Positions 50,060 to 61,352 of a DNA stretch of 64,000 nucleotides are shown here, in pieces. This stretch comes from Vicugna vicugna (lineage: Eukaryota). The notes below the pieces were generated by a model. It ran no database searches. It was not told the DNA's origin and saw only the letters and a program-made list of their open reading frames with translations. Numbering within the stretch: the first letter of the stretch is position 1; each line of letters begins with the position of its first letter. The translations under genes and the position numbers were made by a program. Where the stretch lies: positions 620,001 to 684,000 of the forward strand of contig MU058387.1 of NCBI GenBank assembly GCA_013265495.1, in the 5' to 3' direction.

Positions 50060-50272
50060 AGACTTCTGAGTTTGAATCCAGATTCCATGTCTTATCTGCT
50101 TGTTGACTTTATCTGTCTGGACTTCGGTTTTCTTATCTGTGAAATGGGGATAGCCGTGGCACCAGCTCATAGGGTTATTGTGTGTATCACATGGGGAAAC
50201 CTACATTAAAGGAGTTGGAACTGCACACGGTGCAGCGTTAGTGCTGTGTAAATATTTGCTGTCATTATTATC
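50060..50272 (+). mobile_element. MIR SINE
   Basis: tgagtttgaatccagattcc...cttcggttttcttatctgtgaaatggggatag...taaatatttgctgtcattatta. Confidence 0.88.
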
Positions 50273-50514
50273 GTCTCTGGGTCCCACGAAGTTCCAGCCC
50301 CTCCGATCTTCTCCTGCATGGTTACTTATTATGAATGAGAAATAATTCTTCATCACAATACCTTCAGTTCCTCCACGTTCATTGTAAATTCAGTGTCCAA
50401 GCATTTATTCTGGCCATTATACAGCCCTCACAATGGCATTAACTTTTGAGGAAAACCTTCATTTTCCTCTTAGACCCACGTTCCATGGGGAAGTTGACTG
50501 CCTGTGAGCCCCAG

Positions 50515-50719
50515 GGAATTTTGGGAGATGGTGGAAATATTCTAAAGGTGGACTGCAGTGATAGATGCACAGTCTCTATGTTTCTTAAAAATTGTTGAAC
50601 TGTGTTTTACAATGTGTGAATTTTATTGCTTTAATTTTTGAAAAGTTTTTCTTTATTGAAGTATTGTCAGTTTATAATGTGTTAGTTTCTGGTGTACAGC
50701 ATAGTGATGCAGTTATACA

Positions 50720-50760
<41 letters not shown>

Positions 50761-50895
50761 CTTTTCAGATTTTTTATTATAAACTATTACAAAATATTGA
50801 ATATAGTTCCCTGTGCTATACAGTAAGACCTTATTGTCTATCCAATGTGTGAATTTTGTAGTATGTAAATTATACCTTAAAAAGATGAAAAAAAA
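50515..50895 (+). mobile_element. Old L1 (L1MB/MC-like) 3' end, split by a younger L1
   Basis: ttttgggagatggtggaaatattctaaa...ttgaactgtgttttacaatgtgtgaatttt [insert] gtagtatgtaaattatacctt, then an A tail. Confidence 0.8.
50625..50842 (-). mobile_element. Young L1 3'-end insertion containing a (GT)n(AT)n tract
   Basis: Perfect 15-bp TSD CAATGTGTGAATTTT at 50610-50624 and 50843-50857; attgaatatagttccctgtgctatacagta. Confidence 0.93.
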
Positions 50896-50920
50896 TAAAG
50901 TTAGTGTTTGTTTAAAACAT

Positions 50921-51189
50921 TTTTTATTATATCCTTTATGGAAAACAAGAGGCGTAGTACAATTGAGAATCATTATGGAAATAAAATGGAAACAAATACT
51001 TCCATTTGTCTCAGAGTTTTGTTCTTTTTTTTTTTTTATGGTTGATGGCTCAATATTTTTATTATATCCTTTATGGAAAACAAGAGGCGTAGTACAATTG
51101 AGAATCATTATGGAAATGAAATGGAAACAAATACTACATGGTTCCATTTGTCTCAGAGTTTTGTTCTTTTTTTATTTTGATGGCTCAAT
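50921..51189. repeat. Tandem duplication of a ~135-bp unit (2 copies)
   Basis: Copy 1 at 50921-51054, copy 2 at 51056-51189; near-identical. Confidence 0.97.
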
Positions 51190-52000
51190 TATTTACTTTA
51201 GAAATAGTAACACAATTCCTTGGCTACCAAACATCTAGAACTTCAGAAATCAGGCAGTACTTCTGAAATCCATGCTAAGATATTATCCAGACTGAAGAGC
51301 AGGGTGAGCCCTGAGGGGATTTGGGAGCAGACTTGAGATTTCTGGAACTTGCCACCATTCTGCTGAGCAGAAGCACCAAGAAACAACTGCAGGTATTTCA
51401 AAAGAAGTAGACAGTCTTTTGATTTTTAATCACAAGATAAGAATTGAGTCTTATGTAATCTTCCAACTGCTTTGAGTTTCATTCAATGAAAAGAGGCAAA
51501 ACTGATGTTAGCCAAATCTTTACTTCTTTGAACAGCAGAATTTACTTTAATCCAAATGGGGATGATTTAGACAGGATGGGAAAAAAAGTGGGGTGAGACA
51601 AGGAGGAAATAGAAATTGCATCACCTAACAAATGACTAATCAGGGCCATCATAAGCTCCCAGTTTCAAGTGTGCTGAGAGTCTTACTTCAAACGCCAATC
51701 TCAAGGAAATATTTCAGCAAATCCCTTTTGTATTTGGTATTTCTATTTGCACTTTGGCAAATTCTTGATGAGTTCAAAAGCCGGCTAATTCTTTCCACTG
51801 AAACCTGCACTAGCACGGTGGGTAGCTAGCTGCGTGTTGACATGAACGGTAGATACCGGTAGAAATTATGAGATTTGAAGTTAAGACAGTAGCAGCAGTG
51901 TATCTCATCTGCTTGTGTGGAAACTACAGAAAACCTCTGCGGAAATCCTTTTGTTTTTAGAAATTTCGAAAGAGAGAGATTTAAGGGTGTGTTTCAAAGA

Positions 52001-52043
52001 ACCAGAAATTGACGCACTGTAACTATACTTCAATTAAAAAAAA
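52001..52043 (+). mobile_element. ~40-bp L1 3'-end fragment
   Basis: accagaaattgacgcactgtaactatacttcaattaaaaaaaa is the reverse-complement relative of the copies at 9330 and 50625. Confidence 0.7.
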
Positions 52044-53839
52044 TGAACTCATTCATTTTTTTTCACTCTCATCCTTGAGATCTTATGTCGTTGAAAGATA
52101 AAATTTCAGTCCATTTAAGTCCCTGTACATTGCTTCACCAGGGACATCTAATCAAGGAGTAGGCCACGTGACATTCTCCAGGGTTGGAAATTTGTGTTTC
52201 AAAGTTGCTGAAAGTTGATCCTAAGTCCTGGTGGGTGTCAGGGGTCTCAGGGAGAGAACTGCATCTACCCAGTGGTCTGGTCACAAGCGGAGGGGGCGCG
52301 GATGACCTTCACTTGGAGGGGGCCGGGCTGTTCCAGCGGCTGCTGTCGGTTTATGAAGAGCACAGATAAAAACAGAGCCTGTCTTCCCGAGAAAAAGATC
52401 AGCCTCTTCAGACCCTCGGAAGTGTCGGTACCAAGATCCTGGATTTACTCCGAGTTAATGTTTACCTGAATTACTGATTGCCGCATGAGGTACGAAACAG
52501 CTGGCAACTCAGTCTGCGACGCTTTTTCTTTGAGTCACAAAAGCGGAGCTATAAATCCAAATCCAAGAGGATTTCTTTCACCTTTCCTACTTGTGAAATG
52601 CACCTCTTCAACAGAACCGACCCTGGGTCATTTAAAATCAATTACTAAAATATCTGTGGCTACTTTTCCTTCCCCTCATTGAAAGAGAAAGTTCCATGTT
52701 AGGAATTAATTTTGTCTCAGGCTTACCTTTGTTTCAGCTGCTCAGCTGTGACTTTTTGTATCTATTTCACAAAGTGATGGGGAATTGAAAGTTGACTCGA
52801 TGTCAAGATGCCTTGAGGTCCCAGGATACTAAACCACACAGTAGGTTAAAACATTTCAAAAGCTCATGCCGATGTAAACACCCATATATAACATAAAAAC
52901 TATTGAATGGCAAAATGAAATGTTTGGGACACTGTGACTTTATGTCATTTATTTCCTTATAATTCTTCTTGCTACAAAATAGTTTAGAGATGATATGAGA
53001 TAAAAGGTATGTTTAATAACACAATTCTCATTAGAATAAGGACAGGAAATAAACACCATAAATTAAAAAGTAATGCAAATATTTCAGCCACTAGGGATGA
53101 CCAAAGTAATATTGTCATCCACTTGATTTTTGAATTGGAGCTTCCTGACAGCTAGAGAAAAAGAGAAAATATAATAATTTACACAAATTTTTGCCTTATA
53201 TAAATTAATACAGCATTTATTTAAAAGATATATTTTCTACTGTCATATTCTAAAACAAAAGCTTGACCTGAGGGGTGTGTCTTAAACACAGTGCGTAAGC
53301 AAATTAAAGTATGTTCAAAATATACGTGTGAAAACCCCACCAACTATTGATTACAAATTGCCAGCAATACAAAATCCTGATTTAAAAAACATTGTTGGAG
53401 AGGAGTTCACCACATGGAATCACAAGGGAGGCACCATTAGCAAATCTGATATATCACTAACTTTAGTTTTACCAAAACAACGAAAGTTAGCCTCATTTGA
53501 CTATTTCTGGGATCAGTTGTTAATGGCCAATGCCATTCCACTGAAGCACAAATAAATGAATCACGGAGGCCTAAGCTAACAAAGTCTATGTGTATAATTT
53601 TCTATGTATTTAATTTCATGGAAAGATATAATTACAACACTTACAAGGCTAGGTAAGTGGAGTGGTCTCAAGAGTATAATAGATAAAATTTCTAATGTTG
53701 GCGTGTTTTGTAACACACAATTCATGGAAACATGCTTTTAAATTGTGACTTCAAGAAGTATCTATAAACTTTAGGTACCTGTTGAGCAGGGAGAATTGAC
53801 CATTTGTTTTGAAATTTGAGAATCAAGACTAATATTCTC

Positions 53840-54580
53840 TGTAAATTAGTACAGCCACTATGGAAAACAGCATGGAGATTCCTCAAAAAATTAAAAATAG
53901 AATTACCATATGATCCAGCAATTCCATTTCTGGGTCTATATCCAAAAGAAATGAAATCATTATCTTGAAGAAATATCTGCACCTTACTTTCATTGTAGCA
54001 TTATTCATAGTCACCAAGACATGGAAACAACTGATGTGTCCATCTAAGAATGAAAGGATAAAGAAAATGTGGTATATATATACAATGGAATATTATTCAA
54101 CCATAAAAAAGAAGGAAATCCAGCCATTTTCAACAACATAAATGACCCTTAAGGACATTATGCTAAGTGAAATTCGTCAGAGAGAGAAAGACAAATACTA
54201 TATGATCTCACTTAAATATGGAATCTGAAAGCACCAAACACATGGAAACAGAATAGCCTTATAGTTGCTAGAGAAAGGGAACATTGAGGGTGGGTAAAGG
54301 TAGTCAAAATATAAAATTCTCTACTTATAAGATTAATAAATTTTTATATAATGTATAGCACAGTGACTATAGTTAACAATACTATATTATCCATTTAAAG
54401 CTACTAAAACAATAGATTTATTTAAAAGTTCTCACCACAACACACACAAATTTGTAATTATATGAAGTCATAGGTTTGTTAACTAGCCTCATTGTGGCAA
54501 TTATTTTGCAATATATACTCATATAAATCTGCATAGTGTTGTATATCAATTATACCTCAATAAAGCTGGAGGGGAAAAAA
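53840..54580 (+). mobile_element. 5'-truncated L1 (L1MA9-like): ORF2 C-terminus plus 3' UTR
   Basis: Translates as [42 protein letters not shown] (L1 ORF2 C-terminal motif, premature stop); ends ctcaataaagctgga plus A-run; decayed TSD aagactaatattctc / aggacccattttctc (11/15). Confidence 0.95.
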
Positions 54581-55607
54581 AGGACCCATTTTCTCACATG
54601 CATGGAGACTTCCCCACGACCAGAGGGAGGAGAAACCTAAAACTTGACAATAGGCAAAATATAGCCCTTTCCACATGTGTGTCACTTGCAATGAAATGTT
54701 TACTCTTCATTCCCTTTCATGCACTATAACATCCTTGTAGGCAGAGATCTGGTCTATTTTTTCCTACCTCCAAATCCCTGGTCCCTGACAAAAGACAGAG
54801 TCTGTACTAGGCATTAAAAGGCATGTTTTGAATTGAATTTAACTATATTTGTCTTTTAAAAGCAACTTTTAGTTTAATTAGCCATTTGCAGTATCAGAGA
54901 ATGAAAAACCATCTTGGACAGAAATTTTAGAAAAGCTTGATGGGTTCCCAGTGTCAAACAGGAGAACTTCCTGGTGTGCTCACCAGTGCATTTAAGATGC
55001 AGACGGTACCCTCAGATAACCGATTAAGTTAATCTCCTGAATAGGACTTACCATAGTTAATCTTTTTAAAATGTGGCATCTCTGGAGCATAACAATTTTA
55101 TTATTGTAATTTATATAATAATTTACCAATAAGTTGATTGGTATTAAGCTGTTGTTTCAGACAATAATCAAACGTTCATGATACCATCCATAGTTTACAA
55201 TCGGTCAGTTACTTTCCAGGCTTTTTTTTTCTAGATGCTCATCCTATCATCCTTTCTACCATGACTCAAGAGAGCATCACTCTATGAAAAGAAAGTACCA
55301 TGTCATTGTATTCAATGTTAGAAAACATTAAACATATTTATAGACCTTAAACTCAAAAGTAATCCTACCTTGAATTTTCACTTACCTTTGATTAATTACT
55401 GTATATGATGAAGTTTCAGGAACTACAAAGGAACAAAGCATCTCAAACAGTAATATTTTCTAGGTACTTTACCCCATTTGATCTTATCAACAAAGCTATA
55501 AAAAGGCCTTAATAGCCTCATTTTGTAGACAAGAAATTAGAGGCTCAAATGTTTGGTCAGAATGTTAGTAGCAGATTGTGGGCTAGAATATTCATTTCCT
55601 CCATTCC

Positions 55608-55960
55608 TTCAGCTAGGTAATGCTATTTGTGATATAAAACAATTTCAGAACCCAGTGGCTTAAACGAATAAGGTTTGTTTCTTCCACGTGTGAGTTGACT
55701 GGCGTTCTGTCCACCACTGTTGTCATCTTGTTGCTGGGACCGAGACAGACGGAGCAGACCCAATCTGGAAAACTGCAGTTCGCGGTAGCAGGACAGACCA
55801 CTCCAGGGGATCTCATGTGGTAATTAAATGCTCTAGCCAAGAGGAGAAATGCATCACTTCCACCCCCAATCCATGGCACAGAATTAGGCTCAGGGCTCTA
55901 CCAACCACAAGGGGACCAGGAAATCTACTCCTACCCTGCACCTGAGAGATAAAATTTACG
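55608..55960 (-). mobile_element. Old MLT1 (I/J-like) LTR
   Basis: cccagtggcttaaacgaataaggtttgtttctt...catcacttccacccccaatccatggcacagaa...aaccacaaggggaccaggaaat. Confidence 0.75.
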
Positions 55961-56099
55961 AGTCCTCTGCTCTGCCCAGTACCTCCAGTCATACAGATCT
56001 CAATTCTTTCTAAGGAAATTAAGGTAGCATCTAACCAGGGCAAAACAGAGGAGCTCTTAGATAAATGTGGCTGTGAGTATATTTGAAAAGGCAATTTGA

Positions 56100-56420
56100 T
56101 TGTAGAGGCTAAGGATGTGACCACTAGAGTCAGACTATGGCTTCCATATACAAGTGTGTAGGGTGTGCACTGCACAAGAGCTCCAAACATGGGTCAGACA
56201 GTCTACCTCCTCAGCTCCCTAGCTGTGTTAATTTAAATATATATTTCAGACTTTCTAGTCTCCTTTTCTCTACTGTTAAAGTTAACTTAGAAATAATGCT
56301 TAGTGCAGAGGTTTGCTGGGAAGATGAAGTAGATAAGTCATGCCAAGTATTTTGCACAGTGCAGCACACAGCACATGCATGATTAAACTAGTTCTTGATA
56401 TTATTAAGATCATTATTATT
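56100..56420 (+). mobile_element. MIR SINE split by a 56-bp insert
   Basis: gtagaggctaagga...tagagtcagac [insert] ...ctagctgtgt...gatgaagtagataagtcatgccaagtattttgcacagtgc. Confidence 0.7.
56136..56191 (+). mobile_element. Minimal hAT-Tip100 (MER91-like) insert
   Basis: 8-bp TSD agtcagac / ggtcagac; internal catatacaagtgtgtagggtgtgcactgcacaa. Confidence 0.7.
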
Positions 56421-56800
56421 CTTTTCTTTATCAGTGCCAAATAAAGAATTGTGTGAATTTTTTTTTTATCATTTTCTGAGGATAGGTTGCTGAAAGTAGA
56501 ATAATTGGATGAATGTTAATGGACCTTTTGAGGACTCTTGACTTTACTTTGGGAATGGTCATACCAACAAGACTTCTTAAGAACATTAAATAAGGCAGCC
56601 CATCTCACTGTGCTGTAACATCATTGTGATTTCAAGCAAATGTCCCAGGTTTCCTCTCTGTCCACTTCCTGGGATTTTACCAATTCCACCTTAGAATCAT
56701 TAAAGTTTCTATTTTCTGAGGACAAATGTTTCATTGGGAGGAATAAGGTGCCAATCTTCACACACTCTTCAAATGCACTGGGACAGAAGAGCTATCAAAT

Positions 56801-57508
56801 TGTGACTGAAGTCGGGTTTGACTACTCTCACTCAAGAATTCAACACTGAGAGACAAGTGTTGGGTAAAAGAAAAGATAGTTTTACTGAGGAAGCCAGCAA
56901 TCCTGGGGAGAAGGTGGATTCATGTTGCAAAGAACCAACTACTCACTGCCAATCAGAAGGCAAGACTTTTAAAGGGGAGTGTCAAGGTACATAGGCAGAG
57001 GGGAGAGGGCTCCATGCAAAACAGCACAGTTAGTTCAGACCGTCATCTTAAAATTGGTCCAGCAGTAATCTGATCAGCATCATCTTGATTGTTTTAAGTA
57101 CTATTAATCTTTAGTTCCAGGATCCATTTGTTTCCATTTTCTTTGAAGCCAGTTCTTGGAATTGTGCAAGATGGAGCAGCTGATGTCATGGCTGCAGTCT
57201 GGTCATCATGTAGTTAACTTCTTCCACCTCCAGGGTTTCAGTATCAATAAAACAGCTCACAAGATATGGCTCAGAATATTACCTTTAGACTTTGAGGAGG
57301 AACTAAAGGTCCTTGACTTTGTTTAATGACTAAACTATTATTATTTTGTCCTGTTTGACTGCTTATCTTTGCTTCTGCATTTTTTTTTCATTTTTCTGAT
57401 TAAATTTATTCTTTGGCTCAAGTTTCTCTACAGACAAAAGGCAGGCAGAGGACATAGAGGGGTCACGGTCTGTCCTGGAAAGGCCCCATAGAGCCCTACT
57501 CCATTACA
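56801..57508 (-). mobile_element. ERV1-class solo LTR (708 bp)
   Basis: TGTGA...TTACA termini; perfect 4-bp TSD AAAT at 56797-56800 and 57509-57512; on the minus strand a TTTAAAA TATA-like box (~56970) precedes an AGTAAA poly(A)-like signal (~56883). Confidence 0.9.
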
Positions 57509-60500
57509 AAATCAGCTAATACACAGCCAAGCGCTTGAATACAACATAGCCCCATTATTTTTGGTGACATAGAGAACTACTGAAATTTCTAGGCAGAGGA
57601 AAGAGGACTGAGAAGGAAAAGATTAACTAGGAAAAGCTTAGAGATTTAGGTACAACATAGCAAGGGGCACAACAGAAAGTCTATATCCTTAGGCATCTTC
57701 CTTGGGTCTACTGGGTCCCTAAATCTGGCAAAGAATAAACTTGTAAACTTATACAGAATCTGAGCAATCAGTGGCCACTAAGACCCGCAGAAGGTAGCTG
57801 GCTTGCTCACTGTCAAACACATAGGTAACAACAATACAAAAATGGAAGCCTCGGTACTAAACCTGCCTCCTTCCATGTCATTTAACCATATATGTTGGGC
57901 TAGCCCTTCTGAAAGCTTTGAAACGACTCTGTAGTTAAAACAAATTTTCTATACAAAGACACAGATTTAAGCTAACTCCAGGGACCCGGGGTAAGGAACA
58001 GATTTTTTTTTGGGGGGGGAGGTAAAAAATCTAAGGGAGCCAGTGGTCATGTGAGAGAGAAGTTATGTCTTCACAGACATCTGATGAAATATTTTCCACC
58101 TTTGCAAGCCGAGCCCCTGCATGCCAGAGGATGCCTGCAGAGAAGAAATGCAGGAGTACCTTTTGGAAGCCTGTGCTGAAATCTGTTCAACTTTATTATT
58201 TTTTCTCCTCCATTCCCTCTGTTGAGGAAATAGCCCCAGTGCCCTTTTCCACCATTTAAAAGTAAAACTTTTATTTTAACCACTGAGGAAGCAAACTCAA
58301 ATTCAAATGTGCCTTCAGGTCACTGGTCTAAGCCCACTCTATTTAAACAGCTGTATATCAAATGAGAGCAGCACGAAGACTCTTGACTTGTTAGCAAGTG
58401 CCTTCTGAAGAGCAAGTCCCCCAGTGTCACAACATTTCACATTTGATCTACACACCAGCCCCCCCGAAAAAAAGGCTGGGAAATTAGCTGTCTTCTAGTG
58501 TTTTGAAATGTTTCTCTGTCATGTTCAATAATTACTCAGATAAGTATGCGAGCTCCTCACACATTTTCTACTATGATTGTTTTATTCTGGAATATTCTAT
58601 TACTGGTAATGTCCCCTTCCAACACACACGTTTACTCAAATATTTCAAGGTTTAAATTTCTGAAGAGCTTTTCACTGAGTCATGTTTTTAGAATTCTATA
58701 TTTTCATGGGGAATGGGTTCTAAAGTTAAACCTGCTGCTCTGTTTGGATTCTGAGATATTGTGTGCATTTATTGGCCCATCTGCTTCTGAGAATGTCATC
58801 CCGGGAGCCCCAAAGCATTAAGTCTATGCCTTGAGTCATGCACAGAAGGGCAGTGGAGACGTCAGACGCAGAGAAATTGTAGATCATAGCCAGTGTGTTG
58901 ATATTCCATGGTAATTAGTTTATGTTGGCCAAGCACTGTTGGGTTTTTAAAATCTGTTCCGGCTGTTCACAAATCTGGAAAGTCAAGAGATGACGAGCTA
59001 GAACTTTGGAGGCAAAAGAGTCAAAGAAAAAATAAAAGCCTTCCAAAGGCTTCAAAGTTCCAATTGCAGGAGTCTATGTAGTCGTAGAGCAAAGCAAGTC
59101 CAGAATGGCAGAGGAGACAGTGAGAAGTCCAATATGCTTATAACGCTTCTCCACATCAAGGAGCTGATTAAATATGAAATCATTCTGTCCAGGATCTGCC
59201 TAGGATGGCATGATTGTCAGCTCCTGACAGCTAAACAGAGATCAATAGTTATAAGTTTTACACTGAAGGTGAATATTGAGAAGTTTTGATTTCTCCTTGT
59301 GGAAATGTCCATGCGGCTCAAAGCCCAAAACTTTTTCTTCTTCTTCTACTGAGAAATGGAATATGCTGTTGAAAACAATACTGCTTTACTGCTTGCAAAC
59401 CACCATTCTGGCTTCCAATAAAGTCGGCAACAGGAGGCAAGTAATGCAGGACTTGTTTATGCACTTTTCCCCCACTTATGTCCCCTGTGGGAATTTGCCA
59501 AATGCTAAACATGTGGCTTCTGATTAGAGGGAAATAAATAGACAAAAAATGTATCCATCAGAGTCTAAATCCACTGGAAAGTAAACTTTCCCATCAAAAA
59601 AGATATGTGGGCTTTAAATGAAATATGGACACACACACCTGCACCCACACAATTCCTGACTGTCATACGGAACAAAACTTTTTCTTTTCCTCTGAGTAGA
59701 TTTTGCTACTTTTTGAATTAAACATAGATTTAAAATATGTTTCTTGTCGCCTTGTTTTTGGTCATCATGACTGCAAGGCTGTCTGAATGGACTGAAGTAG
59801 AAAGAAAGATTTTTTTTTCTCCTTTTTTTTTTCCCCCATCTCCCAGCAATAAGTCTATCTCACGTATCCAGGTAGGAAATATGGTGGTTTTTTTAAGTAG
59901 CAAAGCTCGGCTTAGCTAGTCAGAGATGACTAGGCTCACACGTTTGACTCAATAAATTTTCCAGGGTGAAAAGGCCACGGCAAGCCCTTCACCTATTTTC
60001 CAGGCAAGGGATGATGGCTTTGGCCCTAAAATCCTTTGGCTCCACTAGCCTCTTTTTAGGAATCCTTTGCTCTTCAAAGCCGCTGGCAGTGAGTGGTCCT
60101 TTATTTCTGACGCTTAAGAATCTCTCTTGACACTTATGTTCTGCTTGCACCATTTGTGTCTACATTTTATTTTCTTAAATACAGCGTTATTTTCTCAAAG
60201 GCAACACATATTTATTTTTATATATTTTTATCTAACACTTAGTAGATTCTCAAATGTAAAAAACTTAAAATCGCAAATGAGCAGACCAAGGCACTAAATT
60301 CTCAAGAAGCACTTCCTCAGCTTCCTTTTACTTTAATTCTAGCATTAGTATATTTTTGATTAGTCGTCTCAGTAAATGTTTTAAAATTGATCCAAATATA
60401 ATAGTAAAAGTCATCTACAAGACTCTAATGCAATTACAAAATACTCTCATGTAATTATAAGTGATTGTGTAGTCTCCACACACACAAACACACACACAAA

Positions 60501-61196
60501 GTGTTGGAAAAGGAAAAAAAAAAAAGAAAAGTCTGACTTGTCTAGAGGAACAAAGCCAGGATTTACAGAATTCTGGTGCATTTCCCTTGTACAAAAGCCA
60601 CGGCTATGAGAAAATCAGATTTTCCTAAAAAAGGTAGCAAAGAATGCTTTACTTTTTACTTAAAGAGAGTTGTCTTTGTGGTCAGAACTTTCTCATGCCG
60701 TGTCACCCACACCAGGAGCAGAAAAAGCCTGTATTTAAGTAGGCTTGGTTAAGTGAGCTATCGTGGCTTACCCTCAGGATATCAAAAAAGAAAAATGACA
60801 GCTCTGGCCTCGTCTTTGTCTTCTAAAGCCAGAAACTCATGTCACTACAGTGTGGATAATGGAGGGTCAGGATTCACAAGGAACAGCTCAGGCCTGAGCT
60901 AAGGATCTGAATACCAGCCGGAGGCAGGCTTGAGTCAGCAGCAAGCTGAAGACACCAACAAGGTAAGAGGCATGAACTTTGAGGCTGGTTGTGTTCAGAT
61001 GGCGCCTGGAGGCTCCAGCTATTTTGAAGCACCTGCCCCGTACCTACCAGGTCCACAGGCTGCCTGCCATTCTTCCTTCCTTTCCTCTTTTCTTCTTACC
61101 TTCCTTCCATTCATACTGTCAGGCATTCTGCCACTACCAGGACTATGAGGACAAGCAATCCATGGGCTCTATTAGAAGATTCCTTATTCCAGCTAG

Positions 61197-61352
61197 AACT
61201 ATACTTTTCCAACTTTAATGTGCATAAATATTATCCACAGAGCTTTTTAAAGTTTAGAGACAACAGGCCTGGAGTGGCCTCTGAGAGTCCGCATTCCTAA
61301 CCAGCTCCCGTGCTGCCGGCCCATGACCACACTCTTAGACACAAGTCTCTAG
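61197..61352. mobile_element. MER5-type hAT-Charlie element
   Basis: tttccaactttaatgtgcata...ctgagagtccgcattcctaaccagctccc...gaccacactctt. Confidence 0.75.

Noticed and set aside
50713..51238. 141/144-aa ORFs with internal repeats
   Set aside because: They arise from the L1 fragment, the microsatellite and the DNA tandem duplication.
52283..52302. CTCF site AGGGGGCGC
   Set aside because: It matches only the 3' half and lacks the conserved upstream CC.
52830..53820. AT-rich segment resembling an old DNA transposon interior
   Set aside because: No TIRs, TSD or family-diagnostic sequence could be identified by eye.
53722..53982. 86-aa minus-strand ORF
   Set aside because: It is the antisense reading of L1 ORF2 sequence.
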